The notes under the pieces are model-generated. The model searched no databases. It worked only from the letters and a program-made list of their open reading frames with translations, and had not been told where the DNA came from. This document shows positions 36,532-46,046 of a stretch of DNA of 64,000 nt, piece by piece. Each line of letters opens with the position of its first letter. Position 1 is the stretch's first letter. Position numbers and translations under genes: made by a program. Origin of the DNA: Candidatus Latescibacterota bacterium (GTDB lineage Bacteria > Latescibacterota > UBA2968 > UBA8231); the NCBI GenBank assembly GCA_965204725.1, contig OZ242005.1, positions 5,120,001-5,184,000 on the forward strand, in the 5' to 3' direction.

Positions 36532-36560
36532 AGAATACAGAGAACATCCTCGTTTGTCAA
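36532..36560 (-). promoter_or_regulatory. Putative rho operon promoter, giving a ~290-nt leader
   Basis: TTGACA-N17-TATTCT. Confidence 0.6.
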
Positions 36561-36639
36561 GACGTGATGTTATAAAAATAGGACGCTCGCTCTTTGAGTG
36601 GGCGTCCTATCCTTTGCAACTTATGCGATTTCTCGGCCC

Positions 36640-37323
36640 TTATTCGCCGCCGACGATAGCCGTCCGGGCTACATCTTCATTGGAAGCAAAAGGCGCGACA
36701 ACGCCGGTTTCGTTGTCTCCGTCAAAGGCTCTTACATCATAGACATAGGCGGACCCGCTGACGACGTCGTTGTCGACGAATTCGGTGACGCCCGGCCCTA
36801 GCGTGGTGATCAACGTTTCGCTGCCCTGTTCCTGAGTTACGGCCTTGCCGAAATCATCGGCGAACCGAAGAAAATCATCCATATCGATTTGGCCATTGGG
36901 CACTATGTCGAAGAACAACTCAAAGTCCGCATCGGCATTAGAAGTGCCGATGCGATCGGCTAAGAGGAAGAAGTCGTCAAAGTCAACTTTGGTCCCTTCG
37001 CGCGTAAACCAGCCGAGTACTACCTCGCCGCTATCGTCCATGGGCAGAAAGAGATCCGTGCGATACACGCGATAGCCGTGTACGTCGCCCGTGGGCACCA
37101 CTTGGCTACCAAAGGTCGTAAACGAACGAGCGTCATCTGTTGATAGCGTCCAAGACAGCGACACGGATGGATCATCGCCGGATGTAGCGAGCACTTGTAG
37201 ATTGGTCACAGGTGCGGGAGGAATGTTATCGACGGAAGCTACAGGCCCGGAGGTGGTCAACTGAGCGGCCGCGGGAACAGCGCAAAAAGCGGCTAGCGCG
37301 ACGATGCGGATATACTCTTTCAT
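36640..37323 (-). CDS. Secreted FN3-like protein with internally inserted EF-hand/dockerin-like domain
   Basis: Signal peptide MKEYIRIVALAAFCAVPAAA; PPAPVTNL, LSWT, GYRVYR, Y.VRAFD; VDFDDFFLLAD and IDMDDFLRFADDFG; SD AAGGAG. Confidence 0.7.
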   Translation of the reverse strand: MKEYIRIVALAAFCAVPAAAQLTTSGPVASVDNIPPAPVTNLQVLATSGDDPSVSLSWTLSTDDARSFTTFGSQVVPTGDVHGYRVYRTDLFLPMDDSGEVVLGWFTREGTKVDFDDFFLLADRIGTSNADADFELFFDIVPNGQIDMDDFLRFADDFGKAVTQEQGSETLITTLGPGVTEFVDNDVVSGSAYVYDVRAFDGDNETGVVAPFASNEDVARTAIVGGE

Positions 37324-37374
37324 CGAACTATACTCCTTTTGAAAGGATGGAATACATAGCATTGCGGCCAGCAC

Positions 37375-38040
37375 CTAGTACAAGCTGGTGCCGAGGTTAT
37401 CGGCCCAAAGGAAGAAGTCCTCGAGAGCAACCACGCCGTTGCCGTCGATGTCTGTGGCTGGGTCGAATTCGGCTTGGCCGAAGTTGGCTTGAAAAATCCC
37501 GTAGTCATTGAGGTCCACATCGCCATCGTAGTCAAAGTCGCCGAGGAGCAACATGTTCTTGACTTCGGCGGACGCGATGGGAGCACTCTCGTTGCCGCTG
37601 GCATCAACGACCGAGACCATGTAGAAATACCGCTTGCTTCCCCCAGCCACGCTGATCGACTCATCAACTAAGGACGTTACGCCAGCACCAACAGTACCGA
37701 CTATTGCCAAGTTGCCTTCGGCGTCATCGGCGAGACGACGCCATATATTGTAACCAGCGACATCGTTGACGTTGACAAAGGTCCCGCCCGACGTAAAGTC
37801 GCTACTTGTCGGGGTCTGGCGCAGGACATCGTCGCCGGACAAGGTCCAAGAGACGGTGATACTCCTTCCGCCTTCGTTGAACTCAGCCTGTACTCCGCCG
37901 ACAGGACTAGGGGCGAGATCGTCTGTATCGGCCGTAGCCCCAGAGACCGCCAACTGCGCGGCAGCCGGGCTCGCGCACAGAAAGACGCTGAGCCCCAACA
38001 AGGCCAAATTCGCGATAGCTCTCTTTATGCCTTTCGACAT
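37375..38040 (-). CDS. Secreted FN3-like protein with C-terminal EF-hand/dockerin-like domain
   Basis: Signal peptide; APSPV, VSWT, GYNIWR, DASGNES; GDFDYDGDVDLND and DIDGNGVVALEDFFLWAD; SD GAGGAGG. Confidence 0.72.
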   Translation of the reverse strand: MSKGIKRAIANLALLGLSVFLCASPAAAQLAVSGATADTDDLAPSPVGGVQAEFNEGGRSITVSWTLSGDDVLRQTPTSSDFTSGGTFVNVNDVAGYNIWRRLADDAEGNLAIVGTVGAGVTSLVDESISVAGGSKRYFYMVSVVDASGNESAPIASAEVKNMLLLGDFDYDGDVDLNDYGIFQANFGQAEFDPATDIDGNGVVALEDFFLWADNLGTSLY

Positions 38041-38272
38041 ATCTGATATCCTCCTCAATGCTCAATGGGTCAAAATTCGGATTTGGCCCCAGCAAAGCAA
38101 GGCCATGAATAAGCGTTTAATATCAATCAATACCAAAATACCAATAGTTTGCTGTAAACTCAAGGAATTAACGCAAATTAGCGTCGCTAATTGACTTTCT
38201 TGACCCGGTTAATGGACCGCCATATTTTGCTCAATGGCCCCGTTAATATAGAGAAAAAGCCCCCTGCTAGCA

Positions 38273-40072
38273 ATGCCACGCAACTACGAAGATGAAGCCG
38301 TGCGCGAGCGCATCCGCGACGCCACCGACATCGTCGATTTGGTCTCCGAACATGTCCAGCTCGTCAAGAAGGGCCGCAACTTTTCCGGCCTCTGCCCCTT
38401 TCACGATGAAAAGACCCCCTCTTTCAGCGTCAACCCCGACCGCCAGTTCTACCACTGCTTCGGCTGTGGCACCGGCGGCGATGTCTTCAAGTTCATCCAA
38501 GAGATCGATCGCGTCACTTTTGTCGAAGCCCTCAAATTCCTCGCCGAGCGGGCCGGCATCGCCCTACCCGAGCGTTCGGGGCCATCGCGTGAGGAGGTTG
38601 CGGCCGAAGACGAACTCTACCGCGCCAATGACCTAGCGCAAAAGTACTTTCACCATCTATTGCTCAACGACGAGGTTGGCGCTGGTGCCCGCACGTATCT
38701 ACAGGCGCGCGGCCTTGCTGGCGAAACCATCGCGCGCTTCGGCTTGGGCTACGCGCCGCCGGGGTGGGACGCCTTGCTCAAGGTAGCCGGTCGCCGAGGC
38801 TTGAGTCCCCAGATCTTGGAGCGAGCCGGGTTGGCTGTGCCGCGCCCCAAAGGCGGCGGCCACTACGACCGCTTTCGGGACCGGGTCACTTTTCCCATTG
38901 CCAATCTCTCCAATCGGACCGTAGCCTTCGGCGCACGCGCGCTCCAGCCCGACCAAGAGCCTAAGTACCTGAACTCGTCCGAAACGCCCATCTACCACAA
39001 GGGCCGGGTGCTCTATGGGCTGTCCATCGCCCGCGACGCCATCCGCCGCCAAGATGCCGTACTAGTCGTCGAAGGCTACACGGACCTAATCAGCCTAGCG
39101 CAGGCCGGCATCCAGCACGTGGTCGCAACGGCCGGCACGGCCCTGACGGAGGACCACTGCCGCTTGTTGGCTCGCTTTGCTCACCAATTAGTACTGCTGT
39201 TCGATGGCGACGCGGCCGGCTCCACGGCCGCCATGCGCGCCCTCGAAGTCCTCCTCGGCACGAGCCTAGACGTCCGCGTCGTCTCCCTGCCTTCCGAGCA
39301 CGACCCCGATTCCTTCATCCAAGAGCACGGTCCCGAAGCACTGCTCAACCAAGCCGAAAACGCCCAGTCGGTCCTCGATTTTTACCTCGGGCGCCTCGCC
39401 CAGCAGCACGACCTCTCCAGCATGGAGGGCAAGAGCCGCGCTGTCGAAACGTTCAAACCGCTCGTAGCCAAGCTGAACAAACCCCAAGATGCTGTCCGCC
39501 GCGACTTGCTGCTGCGGGAAGTCTCCCAGCGTCTAGTGGTTGACGAACAGGCCCTGCGCGACGGGGTGCGAGCCTCCATGCGCCGTCCCCAACGGCCGCG
39601 CCAAGCCGCTGCCGATCCGCCGCCAACGGCCGCGCCCGACCCGCCGCGCCACGAGCTCGAATTCATCGGCTTGTTGATCAACTTTCCGCAGTTTATACCC
39701 GAAACGGTCCGGGAATTTGCCGCTGACTCGCTAAGCGACGCACGCACGCAGGCGCTGTGTCGCGCACTCTTCGACCGTCATTCCCACGGCCAAGTCATCG
39801 ACCTTAGCGCGATCATCAGTGCGCTAGCGGACGACGCACTAGCACGGCTAGCCGCCCAATGCGCAGCCCAAGGTTTCGACGAGGAACAAGTCGATCGGCA
39901 ATGGCGCGACTACTTGCGGTACTTTCAGAAAAATGCGCTGCAAAAGCGCATCGCCAATGCGCGTCAAGCCCTCGCAAGGGCATCCGACGACGACGAGATT
40001 GCGCGCATCAGTGCCGAGCTCGTCGCGCTCAACCAAGAGCGCCAAGCCATCGCGGCCCAACAAAGCTCTTGA
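38273..40072 (+). CDS. dnaG: DNA primase
   Basis: CPFHDEKTPSF...CFGC zinc finger, KYLNS, VVEGYTD, FDGDAAG, DPD. Confidence 0.97.
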   Translation: MPRNYEDEAVRERIRDATDIVDLVSEHVQLVKKGRNFSGLCPFHDEKTPSFSVNPDRQFYHCFGCGTGGDVFKFIQEIDRVTFVEALKFLAERAGIALPERSGPSREEVAAEDELYRANDLAQKYFHHLLLNDEVGAGARTYLQARGLAGETIARFGLGYAPPGWDALLKVAGRRGLSPQILERAGLAVPRPKGGGHYDRFRDRVTFPIANLSNRTVAFGARALQPDQEPKYLNSSETPIYHKGRVLYGLSIARDAIRRQDAVLVVEGYTDLISLAQAGIQHVVATAGTALTEDHCRLLARFAHQLVLLFDGDAAGSTAAMRALEVLLGTSLDVRVVSLPSEHDPDSFIQEHGPEALLNQAENAQSVLDFYLGRLAQQHDLSSMEGKSRAVETFKPLVAKLNKPQDAVRRDLLLREVSQRLVVDEQALRDGVRASMRRPQRPRQAAADPPPTAAPDPPRHELEFIGLLINFPQFIPETVREFAADSLSDARTQALCRALFDRHSHGQVIDLSAIISALADDALARLAAQCAAQGFDEEQVDRQWRDYLRYFQKNALQKRIANARQALARASDDDEIARISAELVALNQERQAIAAQQSS

Positions 40073-40112
40073 CCTACGAGGGAAAAATCCTAGATTTTTA
40101 GCAGCGTTACAG

Positions 40113-40189
<77 letters not shown>

Positions 40190-40261
40190 TTACTTTCTAC
40201 TTTATGCGCGGTTACGAGGATTGGGCCACCAATTTTTGTAGCCGTTTTTTATTTTTTACTC

Positions 40262-42463
40262 ATGCAGAAGCAGAGCTTTATAGCCGTCCTTATATCGGCC
40301 ACAGCCGCTTGGGGGCAGGTAGAAACCGATGTCGATCGCGGCGATTCGCGTTTTATGACGACGGTGCTGGCGCGCCTCGCCCAGCGGGCCGATCCCATTG
40401 CCAACATCTATTTGAACCAAGCTCGCGTCGAGGGCCTTAGTTCGCTGCTGGACCAACCCATGAGCGCGGTTAAGCGGCTGAACATGCGCCTGCGGATTGC
40501 CCAAGAGCGGGTGCGGGCCGGGGATTTGCGGGCGGGCATCGCAGAGCTACAAAGCGTCCTAGCGGCCGTAGAGGCCGAGCAGGTGCCGGCGACCGAGGGC
40601 TTCGTCTATATGCTGCACGACCAGCTCGCCATTGCCTATTTGCGCCTCGGAGAGCAGGAAAACTGCCTGCACAACCACACCACGAATTCCTGCTTGCTGC
40701 CGATCCGCGGCGACGGCGTCCATCGCTTGCAGGAAGGCTCTCGCCGCGCCATTGAGCACTACACCACCAACCTGAACAAGCGCCCCAGCGATCTGGGAAC
40801 GCGCTGGCTGCTGAACTTGGCGTACATGACCTTGGGCGAATACCCGGCAGCGGTGCCCGCATCCCAGCGCATTCCCCCGCACGTATTCGATGGCGATCCG
40901 GGCGGGATCCAACGCTTCCGCGACGTGGCGCCGGCGGCTGGCGTCGCGGCCGTGGGCTTGGCCGGCGGCAGCGCGGTCGAGGACTTCGACGGCGACGGTC
41001 TCCTCGACATCGCGGTCTCTTCGTGGGGGCTGCGCGATCCCCTGCGCTATTTCCACAACGAGGGCGACGGCACCTTTACCGAGGCCACGACAGCGGCCGG
41101 GCTGGCCGGGCAAATCGGGGGGATCAACCTAGAGCAAGCCGACTACGACAACGACAGCGATGTCGATCTGCTCGTTTTGCGCGGTGCTTGGATGGGGGAA
41201 GAAGGCCGCATGCCCAACTCCCTATTGCGCAACAACGGCGACGGCACTTTTGCCGACGTGACGCGGCGCGCTGGCTTGTTTTCCTTGCACCCGACCCACG
41301 CAGCGGCCTTTGCCGACTACGACAACGACGGTTGGCTCGATCTGTTCGTCGGCAATGAGTCCGGCCGGCGGCCCCACCCATGCCAGTTGTTTCGCAACCA
41401 AGGGGACGGCCGTTTTGTCGATGTGGCCCCCGCAGTCGGCGTCGATCATGTGGGCTTTGTAAAGGGCGTTGCGTGGGGCGATATAGACAACGACGGTTTA
41501 ATTGACCTATACGTATCTCAGTTTTACCGCGAAAACATCCTCTATCGCAACCTCGGCCACACACCAGCGGGCTGGCGCTTTGCGGCGGCGGTTGTCGCGC
41601 CGGGGCCGACCGAGAGTTTTCCCACTTGGTTTTGGGACTACGACAACGACGGCTGGCTCGATTTGTTTGCTGGCGGCTACAACATGGACGACCTCGGCGA
41701 CATGGCCCGTGCGTACCTCGGCGAAGAATTTGCCGCCGACCGGGCATACGTGTACCGCAACCTCGGCGACGGCACCTTCATTGAGGTCGCCGATTCGCTG
41801 GGGTGCTTTGGGCAAGTCATCCTCGCCATGGGCGCCAACTACGGCGACTTGGACAACGACGGGTTCCCCGACTGCTACGTGGGCACTGGAATTCCCGATC
41901 TGCGCTCGCTCACGCCCAACCGCATGTTGCGCAACGACCAGGGCGTGCGGTTTCTCGACGTCACCACGGCCGGCGGCTTTGGCAACGTACAGAAAGGGCA
42001 CGGCGTGTCCTTTGCCGACCTCGACAACGATGGGGACCAAGACGTCTTCGAGGTCATGGGCGGGGCCTTTGAAGGCGACCTCTACCAAAACGTGCTCTAC
42101 GAAAATCCCGGGCACGGCAATCGCTGGCTGCGGCTGTATCCCCAAGGCGTCCAGTCAAACCGAGGGGCTGTTGGCGGTCGCGTCCGCGTCCGTGTGCGGC
42201 AACCAGACGGCCGCACCCGCGATATTCACCACCTCATCGGCTCGGGCGGCAGCTTTGGGGCCAATCCGCTCGCGCCGCAACTCGGGCTGGGGGACGCTGT
42301 GGCCGTGGAGTTCGTGGAAATCACTTGGCCGGCGACCCAGCAGGCGCAGCGCTGGTCCGCGCTGAAGCTCGACCGAGCGTACCGCCTGCGCGAGGGGGAC
42401 CCGTCGGCTATTGAAGTAACCCTGCCGAAATTCCACTTTGCCGCCGGGCACCGCGAACATTGA
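40262..42463 (+). CDS. CRTAC1 / ASPIC-UnbV family FG-GAP repeat secreted protein
   Basis: Signal peptide; repeated DxDxDGxxD motifs; C-terminal NRGAVGGRV...GLG...VEITWP. Confidence 0.88.
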   Translation: MQKQSFIAVLISATAAWGQVETDVDRGDSRFMTTVLARLAQRADPIANIYLNQARVEGLSSLLDQPMSAVKRLNMRLRIAQERVRAGDLRAGIAELQSVLAAVEAEQVPATEGFVYMLHDQLAIAYLRLGEQENCLHNHTTNSCLLPIRGDGVHRLQEGSRRAIEHYTTNLNKRPSDLGTRWLLNLAYMTLGEYPAAVPASQRIPPHVFDGDPGGIQRFRDVAPAAGVAAVGLAGGSAVEDFDGDGLLDIAVSSWGLRDPLRYFHNEGDGTFTEATTAAGLAGQIGGINLEQADYDNDSDVDLLVLRGAWMGEEGRMPNSLLRNNGDGTFADVTRRAGLFSLHPTHAAAFADYDNDGWLDLFVGNESGRRPHPCQLFRNQGDGRFVDVAPAVGVDHVGFVKGVAWGDIDNDGLIDLYVSQFYRENILYRNLGHTPAGWRFAAAVVAPGPTESFPTWFWDYDNDGWLDLFAGGYNMDDLGDMARAYLGEEFAADRAYVYRNLGDGTFIEVADSLGCFGQVILAMGANYGDLDNDGFPDCYVGTGIPDLRSLTPNRMLRNDQGVRFLDVTTAGGFGNVQKGHGVSFADLDNDGDQDVFEVMGGAFEGDLYQNVLYENPGHGNRWLRLYPQGVQSNRGAVGGRVRVRVRQPDGRTRDIHHLIGSGGSFGANPLAPQLGLGDAVAVEFVEITWPATQQAQRWSALKLDRAYRLREGDPSAIEVTLPKFHFAAGHREH

Positions 42464-42488
42464 CGCCGCATCCGTTGGGGGCTAATTT
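42460..42488 (+). promoter_or_regulatory. tRNA promoter
   Basis: TTGACG-N17-TAATTT, 12 nt before the tRNA. Confidence 0.55.
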
Positions 42489-42500
42489 AGCAATGCTCTG

Positions 42501-42577
42501 GGGCGATTAGCTCAGTTGGTTAGAGCGCCGGTCTCACATACCGGAGGTCCGCAGTTCAAATCTGCGATTGCCCACCA
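42501..42577 (+). tRNA. tRNA-Val(CAC)
   Basis: Acceptor GGGCGAT/ATTGCCC plus ACCA; anticodon arm CCGGT-CT CAC AT-ACCGG. Confidence 0.95.
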
Positions 42578-42581
42578 TCGC

Positions 42582-42625
42582 AAAGGCCGTGCCAAGCGCG
42601 TTTCCGCTTGCACGGCCTTTCTCTT
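42582..42625. terminator. Hairpin terminator between tRNA-Val and the convergent gene
   Basis: AAAGGCCGTGC...GCACGGCCTTT inverted repeat. Confidence 0.7.
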
Positions 42626-42686
42626 TGTGCCAATAAAGGGCATCTACCCGCAAGTAGATGCCCTTTGTTTGGTTCGGCAATCCGCG

Positions 42687-43358
42687 CTATGGTAGATGCT
42701 CTTTTACCAAAGCCCAAGACAGCGGTAGAATAGCCGTCTTCAGGACGCGCTCGGGTGCTGTTTCCCCGGCCGACAGCAAGTGCGTGGGAATGGAGCCTGG
42801 GGTGCCCAACTCGCGGGCCCCCGCATCCCAGCCGCTTTGTTGGGTGGCCGTCGCCCAGCTTTCGGGCTGGTCGCCGGGCTGGTCAAAGGCGATGCGGACC
42901 ATGGCACTTTTGCTGGCCGAGTCGCCGGCGAAAGGAGCCCCGCGGCCATCGTCGGCCACGTCCATGAGCAGGCCCCCGGCTTGCGGGTCGCCGTCGTACA
43001 GATGCAAGAGCAGCTTGGTGTTGGGCAGCGAAACGGCTGCGTCAACGCGCTGCGGTTCGACAGCGAGGAGGGATTTTTTGTGATCGGCCGCATAGTTGGC
43101 GATGAGAAAGGTCTGTCTAGGGGGAATGGCCGCGGCTTCGAGGACGAACATCACCTTGTCCTCGTTGCCGCTACGGTAGGTCAGGGTCCAGCCGGCTATG
43201 TCAACCGTTGAGTCGCTGGGATTGTAGAGCTCGATCCACTCGTCCGCCGTAGATGCCGTACTACCCGGCCACATCAGTTCGGAGATGACGACCGGGCCGG
43301 GTTGGGCCGAAACAGCAGCGGCGAGGGCGAAAAAGACTAAGGAAATAAAAGGGCGCAT
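42687..43358 (-). CDS. Secreted lamin-tail-domain protein
   Basis: Signal peptide; VVISELMW, DEWIELYNP...VDIAGWTL, GTPG; C-terminal TAILPLSWALVK. Confidence 0.85.
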   Translation of the reverse strand: MRPFISLVFFALAAAVSAQPGPVVISELMWPGSTASTADEWIELYNPSDSTVDIAGWTLTYRSGNEDKVMFVLEAAAIPPRQTFLIANYAADHKKSLLAVEPQRVDAAVSLPNTKLLLHLYDGDPQAGGLLMDVADDGRGAPFAGDSASKSAMVRIAFDQPGDQPESWATATQQSGWDAGARELGTPGSIPTHLLSAGETAPERVLKTAILPLSWALVKEHLP

Positions 43359-43538
43359 GGCAGCCTCCAAGGTTGGGGTGAGATGGCAATTACCATGCGT
43401 TTAATGCAATATGTGTACCGCAGGGTTTTACTTTTTATAACTTATTGTAAAATATGATAAATATGGAAATTGCCCTGCGCGCCGCACCCGCGCTTAGCGC
43501 GTCTGTTGGGCAACAGTTCTGACCCCTAGGCGATACAG

Positions 43539-44957
43539 TCAGCGGGCGCGGGCTGTCAGTGCTGTGCATAGCTTCTGTTGCGCGCCACCGAAACCGCCGT
43601 TGCTCATAAAAACCACCAAATCGCCCGCACGGGCTTCTGCAACCAAAAAAGCGACCATCGCTGCGGCGTCGGGCAGGTAGTGCGCCGGTGTGCCGGTGGC
43701 GCGGAGACGCTCCACCAAGCACTCGGGCGAGAACGGCTCGTCGCCCCGGGCGCGTTCGGGACGGGGGACCGCAGTGGCGACGAACGCGTCGGCCAAGGCG
43801 AACGCCTTGACGTACCGGTCTGCAAAGATGGCGCGTGCGTTGGTCGCGCTGGCTGGCTCGAAAACCGCGAGGAGCCGACGCCCAGGATGGGCTTGCCGCA
43901 GCCCCGCGAGGGTGTGGGCGACCGCCGTGGGATGGTGGGCGAAGTCGTCGATGAGGAGCACATCGTCAATGAGGCCCAGCGGCTCCTGCCGCCGCTTGAC
44001 GCCGGCAAAGCGGGTCAGGGCCGCCCGCAGCGCACCCGCCGTCAGGCCCGCGTGGAAACCAGCGGCCAAGCTGGCGAGCGCGTTGCAGACGTTGTACTCG
44101 CCGCTCAGGGGCAGGTCGAAAACCCCCATCTCGCGGCCCGCCCGGCACAAGGTGAAGCGCGTGCCCTCGGCCCTCGCTTGGAGGTTGGCGGCGCGCCAAA
44201 AAGCACCTTCTTCAAGGCCAAAGGTCTCCACCGGCGCCGGCGCGTCCGGGAGGAGTTCGGCGATATTGGGGTCGGCGTCATGGGCCAGAATCAGACCGTT
44301 TTGCGGCACCATGTTGACGAGTTGGCGGAAGGCAGTGGCGATTTCGGCGAGGTCTTGGTAGATGTCGGCGTGGTCGAATTCAATGTTGTTGACGATGAGC
44401 ACCTCGGGTAGGTAGTAGAAGAATTTCGCCCACTTGGCAAAGAAGGCACTGTCGTATTCGTCGCCTTCGACGATGAAGTGTGCGCCGCGACCGAGCCGGT
44501 AGGAGCGGTCGAAGTTTTGCGGCACCCCGGCCACGAGAAAGGACGGGTCCAAGCCACCGGCCGTGAAAAGGTGGGCGATGAGCGCGGTCGTGGTGGTCTT
44601 GCCATGGGTTCCGGTTACCACCACCGAGTGCTTGCCGCGAATGAAAAAATCGCGCAGCACTTCCGGCAGCGATAAGTACGGAATTCGACGCGAGAGGACG
44701 GCCTCGGCCTCTGGGTTGCCCCGCGAGACTGCATTGCCAATGACGACCAAATCCGGCGTCGGCACGAGGTGATCGGCCGAAAACCCGGCCCGCACGTCAA
44801 TCCCCAAGTCCGCGAGCAGGGTGCTCATCGGCGGATAGACGCGGCTGTCCGACCCGGTGACGCGATACCCCCGCTCGCGCAACAGGCCGGCCAAAGACCC
44901 CATGGCCGTGCCGCACGCGGCAATCAAGTGAATGTGGGAACCCAAGGGAAGCTGCAT
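43539..44957 (-). CDS. mpl: UDP-N-acetylmuramate:L-Ala-gamma-D-Glu-mDAP ligase (murein peptide ligase)
   Basis: HIHLIAACGTAMGSLA, YPPMS, GTHGKTTT, EGDEYDSAFF, DDFAHHPTA, MSNGGFGG. Confidence 0.92.
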   Translation of the reverse strand: MQLPLGSHIHLIAACGTAMGSLAGLLRERGYRVTGSDSRVYPPMSTLLADLGIDVRAGFSADHLVPTPDLVVIGNAVSRGNPEAEAVLSRRIPYLSLPEVLRDFFIRGKHSVVVTGTHGKTTTTALIAHLFTAGGLDPSFLVAGVPQNFDRSYRLGRGAHFIVEGDEYDSAFFAKWAKFFYYLPEVLIVNNIEFDHADIYQDLAEIATAFRQLVNMVPQNGLILAHDADPNIAELLPDAPAPVETFGLEEGAFWRAANLQARAEGTRFTLCRAGREMGVFDLPLSGEYNVCNALASLAAGFHAGLTAGALRAALTRFAGVKRRQEPLGLIDDVLLIDDFAHHPTAVAHTLAGLRQAHPGRRLLAVFEPASATNARAIFADRYVKAFALADAFVATAVPRPERARGDEPFSPECLVERLRATGTPAHYLPDAAAMVAFLVAEARAGDLVVFMSNGGFGGAQQKLCTALTARAR

Positions 44958-45068
44958 GTTCGTATATACCGCTGGGGGAATGCGGGTGTCAAGGGAATCG
45001 GGCCGGTTTGTGCGCGGCAATCGGCGATTGTTTTATTGTGGGAACACTCGCTGGCAAGAGAGGAGATC

Positions 45069-46046
45069 ATGGGCCAAGAACGAAAAAAAGAAGCGGCCGA
45101 GGAGATTTTTCTGTCCCTCGTCATTCCCGTTTTTAACGAAGAGGAAAGCCTGCCCCATCTGTGGCGTCAGATCGAGGAGGCGCTGGCGACCGCGGAATGG
45201 GCTTGGGAGGCCATTTTTGTAGATGACGGGAGCACGGACGCCTCGTTTGCGGTCTTGGCCGAGTTGGCCGAGCAGCATCCGCAGGTGTGCGCCTTGCGCT
45301 TCCGCCGCAACTACCGCAAGGCCGCGGCCCTCGCCGCCGGCTTCAAGCAGGCGCACGGCCAAGTCATCGTCACCCTAGACGCCGACCTGCAAGACGATCC
45401 CCGCGAAATCCCGCGGCTGCTGGCCGCGCTCAATCGCGATTGCGACTTGGTCTCCGGCTGGAAGGCTAAGCGCCGCGACCCGTTGAGTAAGACCCTCCCC
45501 TCCCGCTTGTTCAACCGAATTACCTCGCTGGTCTCCGGCGTACGCCTGCGCGATTTCAACTGCGGCCTCAAGGCGTATCGGCGCGAGGTGGCCGAAGACG
45601 CGCTGCCGTATCTCTACGGAGAATTGTATCGGTTTTTGCCCGCCGTGGCCCACTGGCTGGGCTATCGAGTCGGCGAGATCCCCGTGCAGCACCACCCCCG
45701 CCGCTTCGGTCATTCCAAATTCGGCACCAAGCGGCTGCTAAACGGGTTTTTGGACCTGCTGACCGTGACCTTCGTCCTGCGCTTTATGACCGCGCCCATG
45801 CACGTCTTTGGCAGCTTGGGGCTGGGCGCCACGCTTTGCGGGTCGGTCGTCTGCGCCTATGTGGCCTTGTTGCGCTACGAGCACGGCAACATCCAAAACC
45901 GCCATCCCCTGCTCATGCTGGGCATCCTGCTGATCATCGTCGGCATTCAGTGCTTTTCCATCGGCTTTTTAGGCGACATGATCGCCAGCATGCACCAGCG
46001 CGGCGGGCGCACCCCGCGCATTGCCGAGCGCTTAAACGGGGGCTAG
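45069..46046 (+). CDS. GT2 glycosyltransferase, ArnC/DPM1-like
   Basis: VIPVFNEE, VDDGSTD, DADLQDDP, DFNCG.KAYR; two C-terminal TM helices; SD AGGAG. Confidence 0.9.
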   Translation: MGQERKKEAAEEIFLSLVIPVFNEEESLPHLWRQIEEALATAEWAWEAIFVDDGSTDASFAVLAELAEQHPQVCALRFRRNYRKAAALAAGFKQAHGQVIVTLDADLQDDPREIPRLLAALNRDCDLVSGWKAKRRDPLSKTLPSRLFNRITSLVSGVRLRDFNCGLKAYRREVAEDALPYLYGELYRFLPAVAHWLGYRVGEIPVQHHPRRFGHSKFGTKRLLNGFLDLLTVTFVLRFMTAPMHVFGSLGLGATLCGSVVCAYVALLRYEHGNIQNRHPLLMLGILLIIVGIQCFSIGFLGDMIASMHQRGGRTPRIAERLNGG

